The notes beneath the pieces are model-generated. The model had not been told where the DNA came from. It did no database searches and saw nothing but the letters and a program-made list of their open reading frames with translations. From Potamilus streckersoni (lineage: Eukaryota), in assembly GCA_016746295.1 (NCBI GenBank), contig JAEAOA010001935.1, forward strand, positions 2,802,024 to 2,866,023: a stretch of DNA of 64,000 nt, written 5' to 3'. Position numbers and translations under genes: made by a program. This document shows positions 37,700 to 49,830 of this stretch, piece after piece. Every line of letters begins with the position of its first letter. Position 1 is the stretch's first letter.

Positions 37700-40300
37700 T
37701 TCTGGACACTCCATGAGTTTTGTTAGTGGCAGACATGAACACTCTCCTCCTTCAGCTTCTCAAGAGATGGCGATCGACATCACCTCATGCAAGTAAAGAT
37801 GATCAGCTTCTTTTCCGGCTTCTTCATCACTTCTTGATGTCAAGAGATGTCAACATCACCTCATGCAAGCAAAGATTACCAAGATTGATGAGGTATGCAA
37901 ATAAGCCACTAAGGAGACAAGTTTTCCTACCAACAACTGCAGCACTGATATAAGAGCATTTTGAAAAAATTGGCAAAGGAACAAAGGGGCACAACTCTAG
38001 CAAAAATCTCTCACAAGCTATCCTACCATAGTTCCTCCCATCAAGACACACAGTTCTCATAAATCAAAGTGGACCAAATACAGAGAGTTAGCGATTGCAT
38101 ATGACAAAGTTTCTCTACATGACTTCCTCCATCTCTCAAAAAATGACATCTCCACACAGCACTTACCACAAATCCTGATAGGATGAATTCTTTTGTGATG
38201 AATGGATTTGCCATGGCAATTAATGGACATGACAAGTGGTTTTCAATGTGTAGAGTCCCATCAGCTACAAACATTCCAACACCCATTCAGAATCACCACA
38301 TTGCTGCAAGAAATAAATGACCTTCTCCAGAAAAATGTGTTAGTAATCATTAAAAATATAAATTTTTCAGGATTTTATTACATGTTTTTCTTGTTTCCAA
38401 AGGCAAATGGCACTCTGTGTCTGTCATCAACATAAGTGCACTTAATCAACACATTCATGCTCTTTGATGGAAACACCATGCTGCATTTTGAATTCTGTTC
38501 AAGAGGGAGCCTTCACAATCAAAGTGGACTTAAACAATATCCCAATTCACAAGGCTTCCAGGAAGTTCCTATGATTTACTGACAATGACATTGCTTATCA
38601 GTTCCAAATGCTCTCATTTGGTCTCAACATCAATCCATGAGTTCCTGTGAATTACCAACAGTGACAATGCTTATCAGTTTCAAGTGCTCCCATTTGAACT
38701 CAACATTAGTCCACAAGTTCCTGTGATATACCGACAATGACATTGCTTATCTATTCCAAGTGCTCTCATTTGAACTCAACATCAGTCCATGAGTTCCTGT
38801 GATTTACTGACAATGAGATTGCTTATCAGTTCCAAATGCTCTCATTTGGACTCAACATCAGTCCATGAATTCCTGTGATTTACCAACAATGACATTGCTG
38901 ATCAGTTCCAAGTGATCTCATTTGGACTCAACATCAGTCCATGAGTCTTCACTCTTCTGATGAACTGTGTTATGGCTTACATCCAGACAATGTTCAAGAT
39001 GGTGACATCACATTACTTGGATGTTACCTGCACTATCATCTGATGAGTTATATACTAAAACATGATGTGATAACCCTTGTTACACTGCTGGCTTTCCTCA
39101 TCAACAAGGACAAGTCTAATCTAATTTCAGTAATTTGTGCATCTAGGTATGAAATTCAACACACATGTAAACAGAACACATCTTGCTTAGGAACAGACAT
39201 TGAAAATCAGGACCATGTTGACTTTGTTCCTTTTGAGGGAAACTCCACATGGGAATTCCTTAGTCAAACTTGATTACACCAGTCCCGGATCACAAAGCCT
39301 GGCAGTGAGTGCACTATCCATAGATTGGAAGGTCCAAATGCATATACCTAACCTCTAACACCTCTGATTTCAAAGGAGATTAAAAAAATAGAGGATCAGA
39401 GTGTCACCTCATTCTTATTGTACCACTCAGATGGAAGTAGCTGTGAGTTAATGACCTTGTCAATCTCACAATGGAAATTCCCCAGACAATAGAGAATTAC
39501 TCTCATCAACTGAAACAACCAAGACAGCTGTTGTTTCTCCCTTGTCCAGAGCTTGTCTGCATGAATATTAAACAGTCCCTCAGAAATAAACATTTGTTTC
39601 AACCAGAAAATTGATTCAAGCAAGAAGGCATGTGAAGGGAAACAGACAACTTTTACACAGAGGTGTTCACAGGAACACATTATACCTCTACAAGCATCTT
39701 TACCTGAAATAGCTAACCTCCTTCTCTGGCTCTTCAACAAGAAAAACTAGACACAATGGTTGGTGACACCTTACGTTCATCATGGAAGAAAGGGTATTGG
39801 ATAAAATGGAGACCTTTCAGACCTCCTCTCCAACAAACATTGGCTCTGTGCCCAAAATGAAACCTATCATGGGTATTAACCTAGATGAACCATTTGAACT
39901 GCTTTCAAGGGGATCTTTCATACAAGACCTGCTTCCTTATCACATTAATGACAGCACTCAGAATCATGGAATTCAGGGATCCAAATTACATGTAGTTCTG
40001 ACATGATGGATAAGTTTCACTTATGATGGTCCCTCTTTCATCACCAATAAGAGGCTTCCATCCATGGGTAACCAGACATTTATAATGAAATCATTTATCA
40101 ACTCTGGACACTTCACTCAAGGCCAACTACAAGACCCAGTACGAGCTTTGAAATGGTATGTTACAAGGACAGAACCTTTGCATCAAAGGAAATCATGCCT
40201 GTTTTCACCTCTCAAACAGGGATAGAATGATATAACAGCACAGACTTTTGCCCTGGTTTAATTGGGTTATTCAATCTGTGTATTTATAAATAACTCCAGC
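37700..40300 (+). mobile_element. Decayed retrotransposon fragment carrying a reverse-transcriptase domain (probably LTR/DIRS-like), with frameshifts and stops
   Basis: In the + frames: …LLQEINDLLQKNVLVIIKNINFSGFYYMFFLFPKANGTLCLSSINISALN… (RT N-terminal 'GFYS.LFLVPKKDG.LRPV…LN' motif). Then YQFQVLPFELNISPQVP (RT 'yqfkvlPFGLssaP' motif), a degenerate YLDD (HYLDVT), and a following GF.INxxKS-like block. There are multiple in-frame stops. Confidence 0.5.
38545..38945. repeat. Roughly 97-bp tandem repeat, about 4 copies (…gttcctgtgatttac(c/t)gacaatgacattgcttatcagttccaa(a/g)tgctctcatttg(g/a)(t/a)ctcaacatcagtccatga…), lying inside the RT fragment
   Basis: The repeated unit encodes the RT 'QF.VLPF.LNIS' motif, so this is an internal tandem amplification of part of the retroelement. 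Confidence 0.8.
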
Positions 40301-40459
40301 TCAGATGAATTTGTTACACATTTCTGCACACAAGGATACAGCAGTTGTCGTAAGCATTGCCTTTGACTGGAACCATTCTCTAACTGGTACTATCCATGCA
40401 GTGGGACAGGGATCGCATTCTCCAGTTTTTACCCCAGAAATCTTGTATTCTAAAAAGCT

Positions 40460-40750
40460 CAACTGTGGGACCTATAGCCATGGTACAACAGGTTGCTTTT
40501 CAACTATGGGACCTATAGCCATTGTACAACAGGTTGCTTCTCAACTGTGGGACCTATAGCCATGGTACAACAGGTTGCTTTTCAACTGTGGGACCTATAG
40601 CCATGGTACAACAGGTTGCTTTTCAACTGTGGGACCTATAGCCATGGTACAACAGGTTGCTTTTCAACTGTGGGACCTATAGCCATGTTACAACAGGTTG
40701 CTTTTCAACTGTGGGACCTATAGCCATGGTACAACAGGTTGCTTTTCATT
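40460..40750. repeat. 41-bp minisatellite (catggtacaacaggttgcttttcaactgtgggacctatagc), about 7 copies
   Basis: 41-bp periodicity (40561 to 40602). Confidence 0.9.
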
Positions 40751-41159
40751 TGATGGATTCATGAGATGTAGCGTTTGCTGGATTTAAGGGAGTGTAAATT
40801 TTCCCTTTTGGAAGTTACTCCCCATCATATGGAGTCTTCCGCTGTTGGGTTACCTAGAAGCTGTCTCACATACCTTAGGGCCTGGAGATGGCATCACAAG
40901 TGTAAGGAGACATATCTCCCTCTACCATTTACCTATGCTCATAAAGTATGATGATTGGGTACTGTATTTAAAGAAGAAACTAATTTCTTTTAGAAAAATA
41001 TGTTTCTTGATGAATATATACCCAATCATAATATGCATATACCATTCCAGCAGTTACATCCATGTGGAGAGCATGCCTTATATTTCTGTGGTAGTAACAG
41101 ATATTCATAGGTTTTTCCACTAATCCCTTTATCAGTGAAATTCAGTGGTATTAAAAAGA

Positions 41160-41925
41160 GGAGTTTTAAATTTCTTCAATGTGCCTAATTGGACAGTTTG
41201 TGTGCCTGATTAGACTGTATGTGCCTAATTGGATAATTTATGCATCTAATTGGACTATGCATGAGCCTAATTAGACATGGAATGTATTTTCAATCTTTTT
41301 GCCAGAATGTTGAAAATCACAGGCTGGGATTCACTGCTCCACAGGTACCTAGAGATTCAATTTAGTATCCTATCCCTGAAGTAGGGGTTCTAATTTTAGA
41401 ACTAAATAGGTACCTGATTGGTTCGTTAGATTCCCGATTGGTTTGATAGACAGACCTGGCTTCTTGCTTCCTGCTTGAGAACCTGTTTATGTGCATCATG
41501 TTTATCCAACTGAGATATAAATAGGCATCTGATTAGACAATTTATGTGCCTAATTGGACAATTTATGTGCCTAATTGGACAATTTATGTGCCTAATTGGA
41601 CTATGTATGTGCCTAATTGGACAGTTTGTGTGCCTGATTAGACTGTATGTGCCTAATTGGATAATTTATGCATCTAATTGGACTATGCATGAGCCTAATT
41701 AGACAATGTATATGCCTAATTGGACAATTTGTGTGCCTGATTAGACAATGCATGTGCCTAATTGGTGCATAATTTGACAGTTTATGTGCCTAATGAACAA
41801 TGCATGTGCCTAATTGGTGCCAATTTTGACAATTTATGTGCCTAATGGACAATTTTTATGCCAATTGGACAATTTATGTGCCTAATTAGACAATGTATGT
41901 GCCTAATTGTTTTATAAGGCAGACA
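41160..41925. repeat. 24-25-bp repeat array (tgtgcctaattggacaatttatg) in two blocks (41160-41290 and 41520-41925) separated by about 230 bp of unique sequence
   Basis: Direct tandem copies. Segment 41187-41285 is duplicated at 41600-41705. Confidence 0.85.
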
Positions 41926-42689
41926 TTTTGATAGACTCAAACAAAGACACATTACTGATATAGTAATGAATGCCTGCAAGGTCTGTATGATATGTGCTAT
42001 AATCAATGTCCATACGAGTTTCAAATTAAAAGTGATAGATTTATTTATTTACAGCACCTTAGTATTGAATAGCTTTTCTTTTTCATTAGATTTGTTTCTT
42101 GTGAAATAAGATCATGTACATACCTCTAAGAGAAAGATTATGTTATTTAAAAAATATTTTTATACCCACTATTGTTAGTTTTATTTCATTGTTCTGTTTT
42201 GTTTTAATTTTATATTAGAAGTTATATAATAATGTGTATGCAGTTCCATGCAAATCAGCTGTTTTGTTTTTACTAATTTAAGACCTGGTGACTCTTACAT
42301 GTTTTCATGTGCTTTTTAAAAATTGTTATACTGTTTCATATAGCTTGCATCGTGCATCAGGTTCCTTTTTACCATAATGTTGATGCTAAACTGTATTTTA
42401 TATAATGTTTTTATTTATTTGCAACAATTTACATTCATAATTAAATTATTTGTAATGCAACTTTATATCAAGGAATAAATATTTTTAATGCATTTCAGAT
42501 AATTTGCATTTTTTTATGGTTAGTTAGCTCTATTCGTTATAGACCAGAAACAATTTCGTGATGATTTCTTGTTTGTGGTTTATCTATTCCTCCATTCATT
42601 AGCATAAGTTTATCACAACTCCTTTTGATTTGCTTGGAGGAACTGTCAAGCAACTTTAAAGAAAAATATTTCTTCCACTGCCTATTTGG

Positions 42690-43240
42690 TCCTAAATGTA
42701 AATGGTGCTACTCAGACATCCAATATTGTTGCCACAGTGGCCATCTTGAAAATTTTATTGCTACTCCACTTGAATATATGGCCATATTGATGTGGTATTT
42801 GATTAAAAAATTTCTTATGATGTCTTGTTGGTCCTAAATGAAAATCGTGATGATCTGGTGTATCCACCACAACAGCCATCTTGTTTTATTTTTACTCCTA
42901 CTTAAGAAAAGGTCATATTGACCTGATGTATCCACCATAAAACTTGTGAGGATATCTAGATGATCATATAAAAATGATGTTAGTCTGATTTTCACTATAC
43001 ATATATCTACCAATAGGTGGCCATCTTGAAAATCTTGTTATTTCCATTATACTGGAATGGATGGTCATGAGATTTTCCCCAATAGATTCCTTATGAGGAC
43101 TTTGTTGGACTAAATGAAAATGGTGCCATTCTGACATGCCTCTGATGTCCATCTTGAAAATCTTGTTATTACTCCTTTTCATAAATAGATGGTTTTGTTG
43201 ACATGGATTTTTCACCAAAATGACTCAATATGATATTTTC
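42690..43240. repeat. Dispersed ~130-160-bp repeat family, about 4 tandem units. Locus 3 of 4.
   Basis: ttggtcctaaatg(t/a)aaatggtgc…gccatcttgaaaat(t/c)tt…ttactcc…atggtcatg… recurs with about 135-bp spacing. Confidence 0.6.
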
Positions 43241-43304
43241 TTGGTTCTAAGTGAAATTTGCATATTTTGGACATATAATATAGTGGCTATACTGGCATCT
43301 TTAA

Positions 43305-43515
43305 ACTCTGGTTATCCTCTCTCTTCTTGCTTGAATGATGGCATTGAGATTTCGAAACACTTCTGTCTTTAAATCTGATTATCCTCACTCTTCTTGCTTG
43401 AATGATGGCATTGAGATTTCATTGAAACACTTCTGTCTTTAAACTCTGGTTATCCTTTACTCTTCCTGCTTGAATGGTGGCATTGACCTGGAGATTTCAT
43501 TGAAACACTTCTGGT
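43305..43515. repeat. About 65-bp tandem repeat, about 3 copies (ctctggttatcctctctcttcttgcttgaatgatggcattgagatttc…gaaacacttctgtctttaaa)
   Basis: Direct tandem copies. Confidence 0.8.
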
Positions 43516-43649
43516 AATATATACATAATTGGTTCTGCAGGCAAATAATGCAGAGCACATGCACTTTTGTGAAGAAAACCAGATTGATCCTGGAGTCAAG
43601 CCAAAGCCAAAGTTCATTGTTTACATTTTTGTATTTGATAGAGCTTATG

Positions 43650-43885
43650 AACACAATGGCTTGTACAAGGACACAATGACTTGTGCAATGACACAATGAC
43701 TTGTACAGTGACACAATGACTTGTACAATGACACAATGACTTGTACAATGACTCAATGGCTTGTACAATGACACAATGACTTGTACAATGACACAATGGC
43801 TTGTACAATGACACACTAACTTGTACAATGACACAATGACTTGTACAATGACACAATGGCTTGTACAATGACACAATAACTTGTA
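43650..43885. repeat. 20-bp minisatellite (acaatgacacaatgacttgt), about 12 copies
   Basis: Direct tandem copies. ORFs 43457..43888(-) and 43614..43874(-) are its translations. Confidence 0.9.
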
Positions 43886-46800
43886 CAATGCAAGTGAATT
43901 TTGATCAGACTTTGTACTTAGTTACATTGTACTGAACAAATTTTGATAGTTAGCACTGATTTTAAGGACAACAGTTTTATTTAGGTTTTAAGTTGTATTT
44001 GCTTGTCATCATGATAACACAAATATGTATGAATGAATTTTAATAAAATCTGATCCATGGATATATATTATTAATATCTTGAATAATTCTATTTAAATAC
44101 CTTATTTTTCCCAAGCAGATATTTAATTACAGATTTAGCCAAAAGTAAACTGTAAGTCTAAGGTGTATTTTACAGGTATTTTGTGCATATGTTAATTCAG
44201 ACATGTAAGAAAATATATTTGGTACCAAATTTAGTATGTTGTAGTTTGTCAGTAACATCAGAGATTGTTCCAGTAAATGAGTAAAAGGAAAGTAAAAACA
44301 GTTTTGTTATGGATTCCTGGAAATTCTTTTGATTCAGTAGAGTATCAGTTTGTATGAAGAAATTTTTTTCTTTTTTTTTCTCAGTATGACTCAGAATGCA
44401 TTATACAATGTGGTTATTTTAGTCCATTCATTAGTTAGTGCATCATTTTGTAGCAATATTTTGTGTGTGAAAATGAAACATGGGATCATTAGGATTAGGA
44501 TTATTAAAAAGTTTTTTTGTACAGTCGTCTTGAGCTGATGTAAAATTCCTTGTGATAGAATCTGCATGTATGGATGTGTGCCTTGTTCTAAATAGAGACA
44601 CATTAATAGTGAATTATGTTTTTGTCATATTTTAGGCATTTTTTCCCATGAAGAGTCATTGATCCCATAATTGGATTTTCTGTCTGGCATCAGATATCTT
44701 GCATATTTTGGTAAAGTAAACAGTTTGTTGCTCATTATTCCAAAGTGCATGCTATTGTATTCTTTGTCAACTTTTTTATCAAAATTTTATAATGGTTAAG
44801 TTTCTTTTCAGCATCTTGAGATTTCAGCTGTTCATTATTGCATGCCAGTCAGTTTTTTTATGTTAGTGAATAATAGAGAAACTTTGATGGCATTTGCCCT
44901 GTGTCTGGGAATTCCTCATCTTGCCAAATTTCACACTATTTTGCTCCTCTATTTTTTAATTTTTCCTTTCTTTTTTTTTAGAAAATTATAAATGTTCTTA
45001 AATTATGCATTAATGCCTTTATTGAAATGGAATCAACATCATCTTTTATGAACTTGACCTTGTGTATGTCAATCATTATGTAATTCCTTGGATACTTGTC
45101 AGAGTTCAAAGCAACAATGGTCACTGATGGTCTTACCACCTAGGCATATTTCACTGTGTAACTGATTCAAAATCAAACTGTTACATCCTTATAATCTTAA
45201 TTTAACAATTCATAAATTTTTCTCTTGAAATTATTTAAAAAATTACTTCAATTTATTGGAAACAATTTTGATTTTAAAAAAATACCTTCCAAATCAATAG
45301 GGGTGGATATCTCTGCTTTGATATTTTTCAGTCTTATACTTAACTGAGATATTTTGTTATACATTTCAGGATACTGCATTGATCAGGGATTCATGTTTAT
45401 TCTACGTTGATCTTGAGAAATCATCATATACTTTATCATGTTACTTTCTTGACAAGATGATGGTAAAAGTATTCCTTATTATAAGTCCAACTGCAAACTG
45501 CACAGATCCAGATCTGCCATCTTATAATGCTCCAGCAGATCTGGGTCTATGCAATTTGCTAGGAGAAATCAGTAGAACAAATAAAATGGATCTAGATCAG
45601 CTGGCACAGTATGTAGCAGTAGACTGGGGTAAGTTAATAACAGTTGGTCTTGACTTGTTCAACAGTTTGTATGGTAAATTTACCCATCATAAGTTACTTT
45701 ATTTTAATGAAATCAGTTGATAATTACAAGGGTCAATATGGTCAGGGATTATGGTTCAAGGTTAGATATCAGTGTCAGTTGAATATTGACTTTAGTAGAA
45801 AGGTTAAGGCTGGCACACCCTAAGTTAATCTGAATCAAATGTTGCAAATCACAGTATTTCAGTTCAGTTAAATTTCATCATATTAGCAACATGTGGTTGT
45901 AGTGAATAACTGATGTGCAGAATTATACATTTTTGATCGTGATACATGCTATATAACTATGAGTTGTGAGATGGCATGTTATGCTATTAACAAGGCAGTT
46001 ATTAGAATGAAAATGACATTTCTGCTGCTATCAGTGTGAGATGTCCAAATTAATTTACATTTTGTAAAAAAAAACCCACAATAGTATTCCTTGCAAACAA
46101 CCACAAGTTAATGACAATGGTGATGAATAAAACTTGCTAAATTTTGTAAAATAGTATGATCACTAATATTTTGTTATTCACAGTAGTACACATGGACAAA
46201 CTCATACTACAATAATGTATAGTTGTCCAAATATGCACCAAGAATCACTTCTGATATTATCAAAATTTTTGGGTCTGACTTCTTAAAGAAGTAGTTAAAC
46301 TTGGAACTGCTTTTTTCTGAAAGACTTATTCAGGCTTGAGTTCAGGTAAAATGCTTTATCTCAGAAACTGCACTTGCAGGTAAAACATGATTGAAATCTG
46401 ATGCAGATTAATCTGTCAGGCAATCATATGTGGGGTAGATAAGTCTGTCAACAGAGTAAATATAGGAGTAGGGTGTTGAAAGCTGCAGTTCATTCACAGA
46501 TCAATGAGAAAATTCTTTTGACAGTGTACTTGTTACACCTGTAAAACAAGAAAATTAGTTTTATTTATGTAAATAACACCCTTAGGCAATCTATGGAAGT
46601 GACTCAGTTCATGTAAAAATAGTTAAAAATTTAGACAAAGCTTTGTTGTCTCTGCCTGATTTCAGGTTTTTTAATTTTAAAAAGACCTGAAAGATCCAAA
46701 TGTTATCTGAATGTATGTACTTGTTGTGTAATAGTATACCTTGGGATGACTTGTACAAAAGCCATTTATTTTTCCACTACTGTCTGTGAACTCTTTCAGT

Positions 46801-47259
46801 GTAACAAAGCTCAAGGCTACAGTAAAATTTGTTAGCTTTAAACTTTCTATAATTTTAAAAAATAAAACACCTCAAAATTCAATTATATCTATAATACTCA
46901 TTTAATAATAATAATTAATAACTTTGTTATTATTTTCCAGTGATTTAGGATGGGGAATATGGCTAGTGCAATGTCCATTTGTTTGTCTTTCCTGTCTGTC
47001 TGCCTGTAAACATTTTATTTTAATTTCTGGAGCATAATTTTGATCAACTTAATACACAAGTCAAGCAAATTGTGCAGAGGTGACTTTAACACCTATAATT
47101 TTCTGCACTGAAAAACAAGTAGTATAAACATTCCAGACCATATGGTAGTTAGTACAGACATTGCCAGTATTATCTTGACCAATAGGGTATTATTACTATA
47201 ACATTTGGATTAGAGAACAGGGACCCTATAACCCTGTGGTCTTGATAAAGGGTTACTTT

Positions 47260-48625
47260 TGGTAAGAAGAAGCAGGTGCAGTTGTTTTGACAGTTGGATT
47301 GGGGAAGAGTAATCTGTTATCCTAACTATTAATTAGCAGAAGAGAGTCCTGTGTGTTTGCCAGTTGGTATGGGAAAATTATCCTATTCTCTTTACAGGGG
47401 AAAGAGTGTAATATTGTCTTCACAGTTAGATTTTGGAAAAGTGTGCTACTGTCTTGGCATGGTAAAAAATGTCCTGTTGCACTGATAGTTGAATTTGCAA
47501 AGAGCATCCTGTTGTCATGGTCCTTAGATTATGCAAGAAGTTCCTATTGTCTTGATTGTCAGATTGGGGAAGACAGTTGGTCTTAACAGTTGGATTGAGG
47601 ACAAAGGTTTGATTGTATTGACAGTTGGATTGAGGACAAAGGATTGATTGTATTGACAGTTGCATTGAGGAAGAGGATCCAGTTGTCTTGACAGTAAGTT
47701 AGGGGAAGAAAGTTATATAATCTTGACAGTTGTTTACAGGAAGAGGGTCATATTGTCTTGACAGTTGGTTACAGGAAGAGGGTCATATTGTCCTGACAGT
47801 TGGTTACAGGAAGAGGGTCATATTGTCCTGACAGTTGGTTACAGGAAGATGGTCATATTGTCCTGACAGTTGGTTACAGGAAGAGGGTCATATTGTCCTG
47901 ACAGTTGGTTACAGGAAGAGGGTCATATTGTCCTGACAGTTAGGAAGAGGGTCATATTGTCTTGATGGTTGGTTACAGGAAGAAGGTCATATTGTCTTGA
48001 CAGTTGGTTACAGGAAGAGGGTCATATTGTCCTGACAGTTGGTTACAGGAAGAGGGTCATATTGTCCTGACAGTTGGTTACAGGAAGAGGGTCATATTGT
48101 CCTGACAGTTGGTTACAGGAAGAGGGTCATATTGTCCTGACAGTTGGTTACAGGAAGAGGGTCATATTGTCCTGATGGTTGGTTACAGGAAGAGGGTCAT
48201 ATTTTCCTGACAGTTGGTTAAAGGAAGAGGGTCATATTGTCCTGACAGTTGGTTGGGAAGATGGTTATATTGTCCTGACAGTTGGTTACAGGAAGAGGGA
48301 CATATTGTCCTGATGGTTGGTTACAGGAAGAGGGTCATATTGTCCTGACAGTTGGTTACAGGAAGAAGGTCATATTGTCCTGACAGTTGGTTACAGGAAG
48401 AGGGTCATATTGTCCTGATGGTTGGTGACAGGAAGAGGGTCATATTGTCCTGACAGTTGGTTACAGGAAGAGGGTCATATTGTCCTGATGGTTGGTTACA
48501 GGAAGAGGGTCATATTGTCCTGACAGTTGGTTACAGGAAGAGGGTCATATTGTCCTGATGGTTGGTTACAGGAAGAGGGTCATATTGTCCTGACAGTTGG
48601 TTACAGGAAGAGGGTCATATTGCCA
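47260..48625. repeat. 35-bp satellite (acagttggttacaggaagagggtcatattgtcctg), about 25 well-conserved copies from 47740 to 48625, preceded by about 480 bp of diverged 40-bp relatives
   Basis: 35-bp periodicity (47761 to 47796). The upstream units (…gacagttggattggggaagagtaatctgttatcct…) are recognisably related but diverged, which suggests an older array edge. Confidence 0.9.
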
Positions 48626-48629
48626 CCAT

Positions 48630-49440
48630 GGTTGCCATCTTGAAAGTGTTATTATTTGGACTTCTTTGAAGAGATGGATATGTTGACTATGGCTTATCAC
48701 TAAAGTACTTATGAAAGTGGTTTGTCTTAAGAAAATGGTTGTGATTTGACCTTCAGCGAGGCCACCATAGTTGCCATCTTGAAAAGCTTGCCATCATTAC
48801 TTCTCCTAAATAGATAGTCATAGTGACATGGGATTTTGACTTGAAGACTTCTTGTGATATATTTACTTTCAGTTTAATCCTATTTGTGCCTAGTTGGCAC
48901 ATAAGGCATCCACTGCAGACCTCATTTGGTCCCTGTCCTGTGCCACTTTCAGTGCTGATCAGACCTCAGATAAGACCACTATTGGAGCCATTTTGAAAAT
49001 CTTATTATAGCAACCCAATACTTGCTAACAGATGGTCATATTGGCATTGGGGTTTTTGACCAAAAGATTTCTTATGGTATCTAGTTCAGCATGATTGAAA
49101 ATGGTGCTGATTAGACATTCAATAATATGGCAAAGGAAGCCATCTTAAAAAATTTTCAGTGTAACTTCCCAGTATTTAACAAATCCAGAACACATAGCCA
49201 TACTGACACTTTTTATAAAATAGTTGTAAAACACTTTTGGGGGGGGGTATATAATTCTGTATTAAAATGGAGCTGATCTAACTTGTAAAATGGTTGCCTA
49301 TTCTTCCCCTGAATGGATGTGTATTTCAACATGGGATTTTCACAAAATAGTATAGCAATACATGGCTGGTTATGAATAAAAATGATGCATGGCATCATAG
49401 TGGCCATCTCAAAAATCATTTATCGAGGATTTATCTCTGA
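48630..49440. repeat. Dispersed ~150-bp repeat family. Locus 4 of 4.
   Basis: gttgccatcttgaaa…ttgaagagatggatatgttgac…, gccatcttgaaaagcttgcc…, agccattttgaaaatcttattat…, gccatcttaaaaaattt…, gtggccatctcaaaaatcatt. Confidence 0.55.
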
Positions 49441-49830
49441 TTCCTGGAAACTGTTTTAGTAGTAAGACAGCGGTCTCTTTGAGGGAGTCTTATTTTGTTT
49501 AATTGTGGTCCCTTGAGGGAGTCCTGTTTCGTTTAATTTCGATCCCTTTGAAGAGGTCCTGTTTTGTGTAATTTTGGTCCCTTTCAAGGAGTCCTGCTTT
49601 GTTTTATTTTGGTCCCTTTCAAGGAGTCCTGTTTTGTTTAATTTTGGTCCCATTGAAGGAGTCCTGTTTTGTTTAATTTCAGTTCCTTTGAAGGAGACCT
49701 GTTTTGCTTAATTTTGGTCCCTTTCAAAGAGTCCTGTTTTGCTTAATTTTGGTCCCTTTCAGAGATTCATGTTTTGTTTAATTTCAGTCCCTTTGAATGT
49801 TCCTGTTTTGTTTAATTTTCAAAGCAGCAT
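49440..49830. repeat. 39-bp minisatellite (ggtccctttcaaggagtcctgttttgtttaattttg), about 9 copies
   Basis: Direct tandem copies. Confidence 0.85.
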
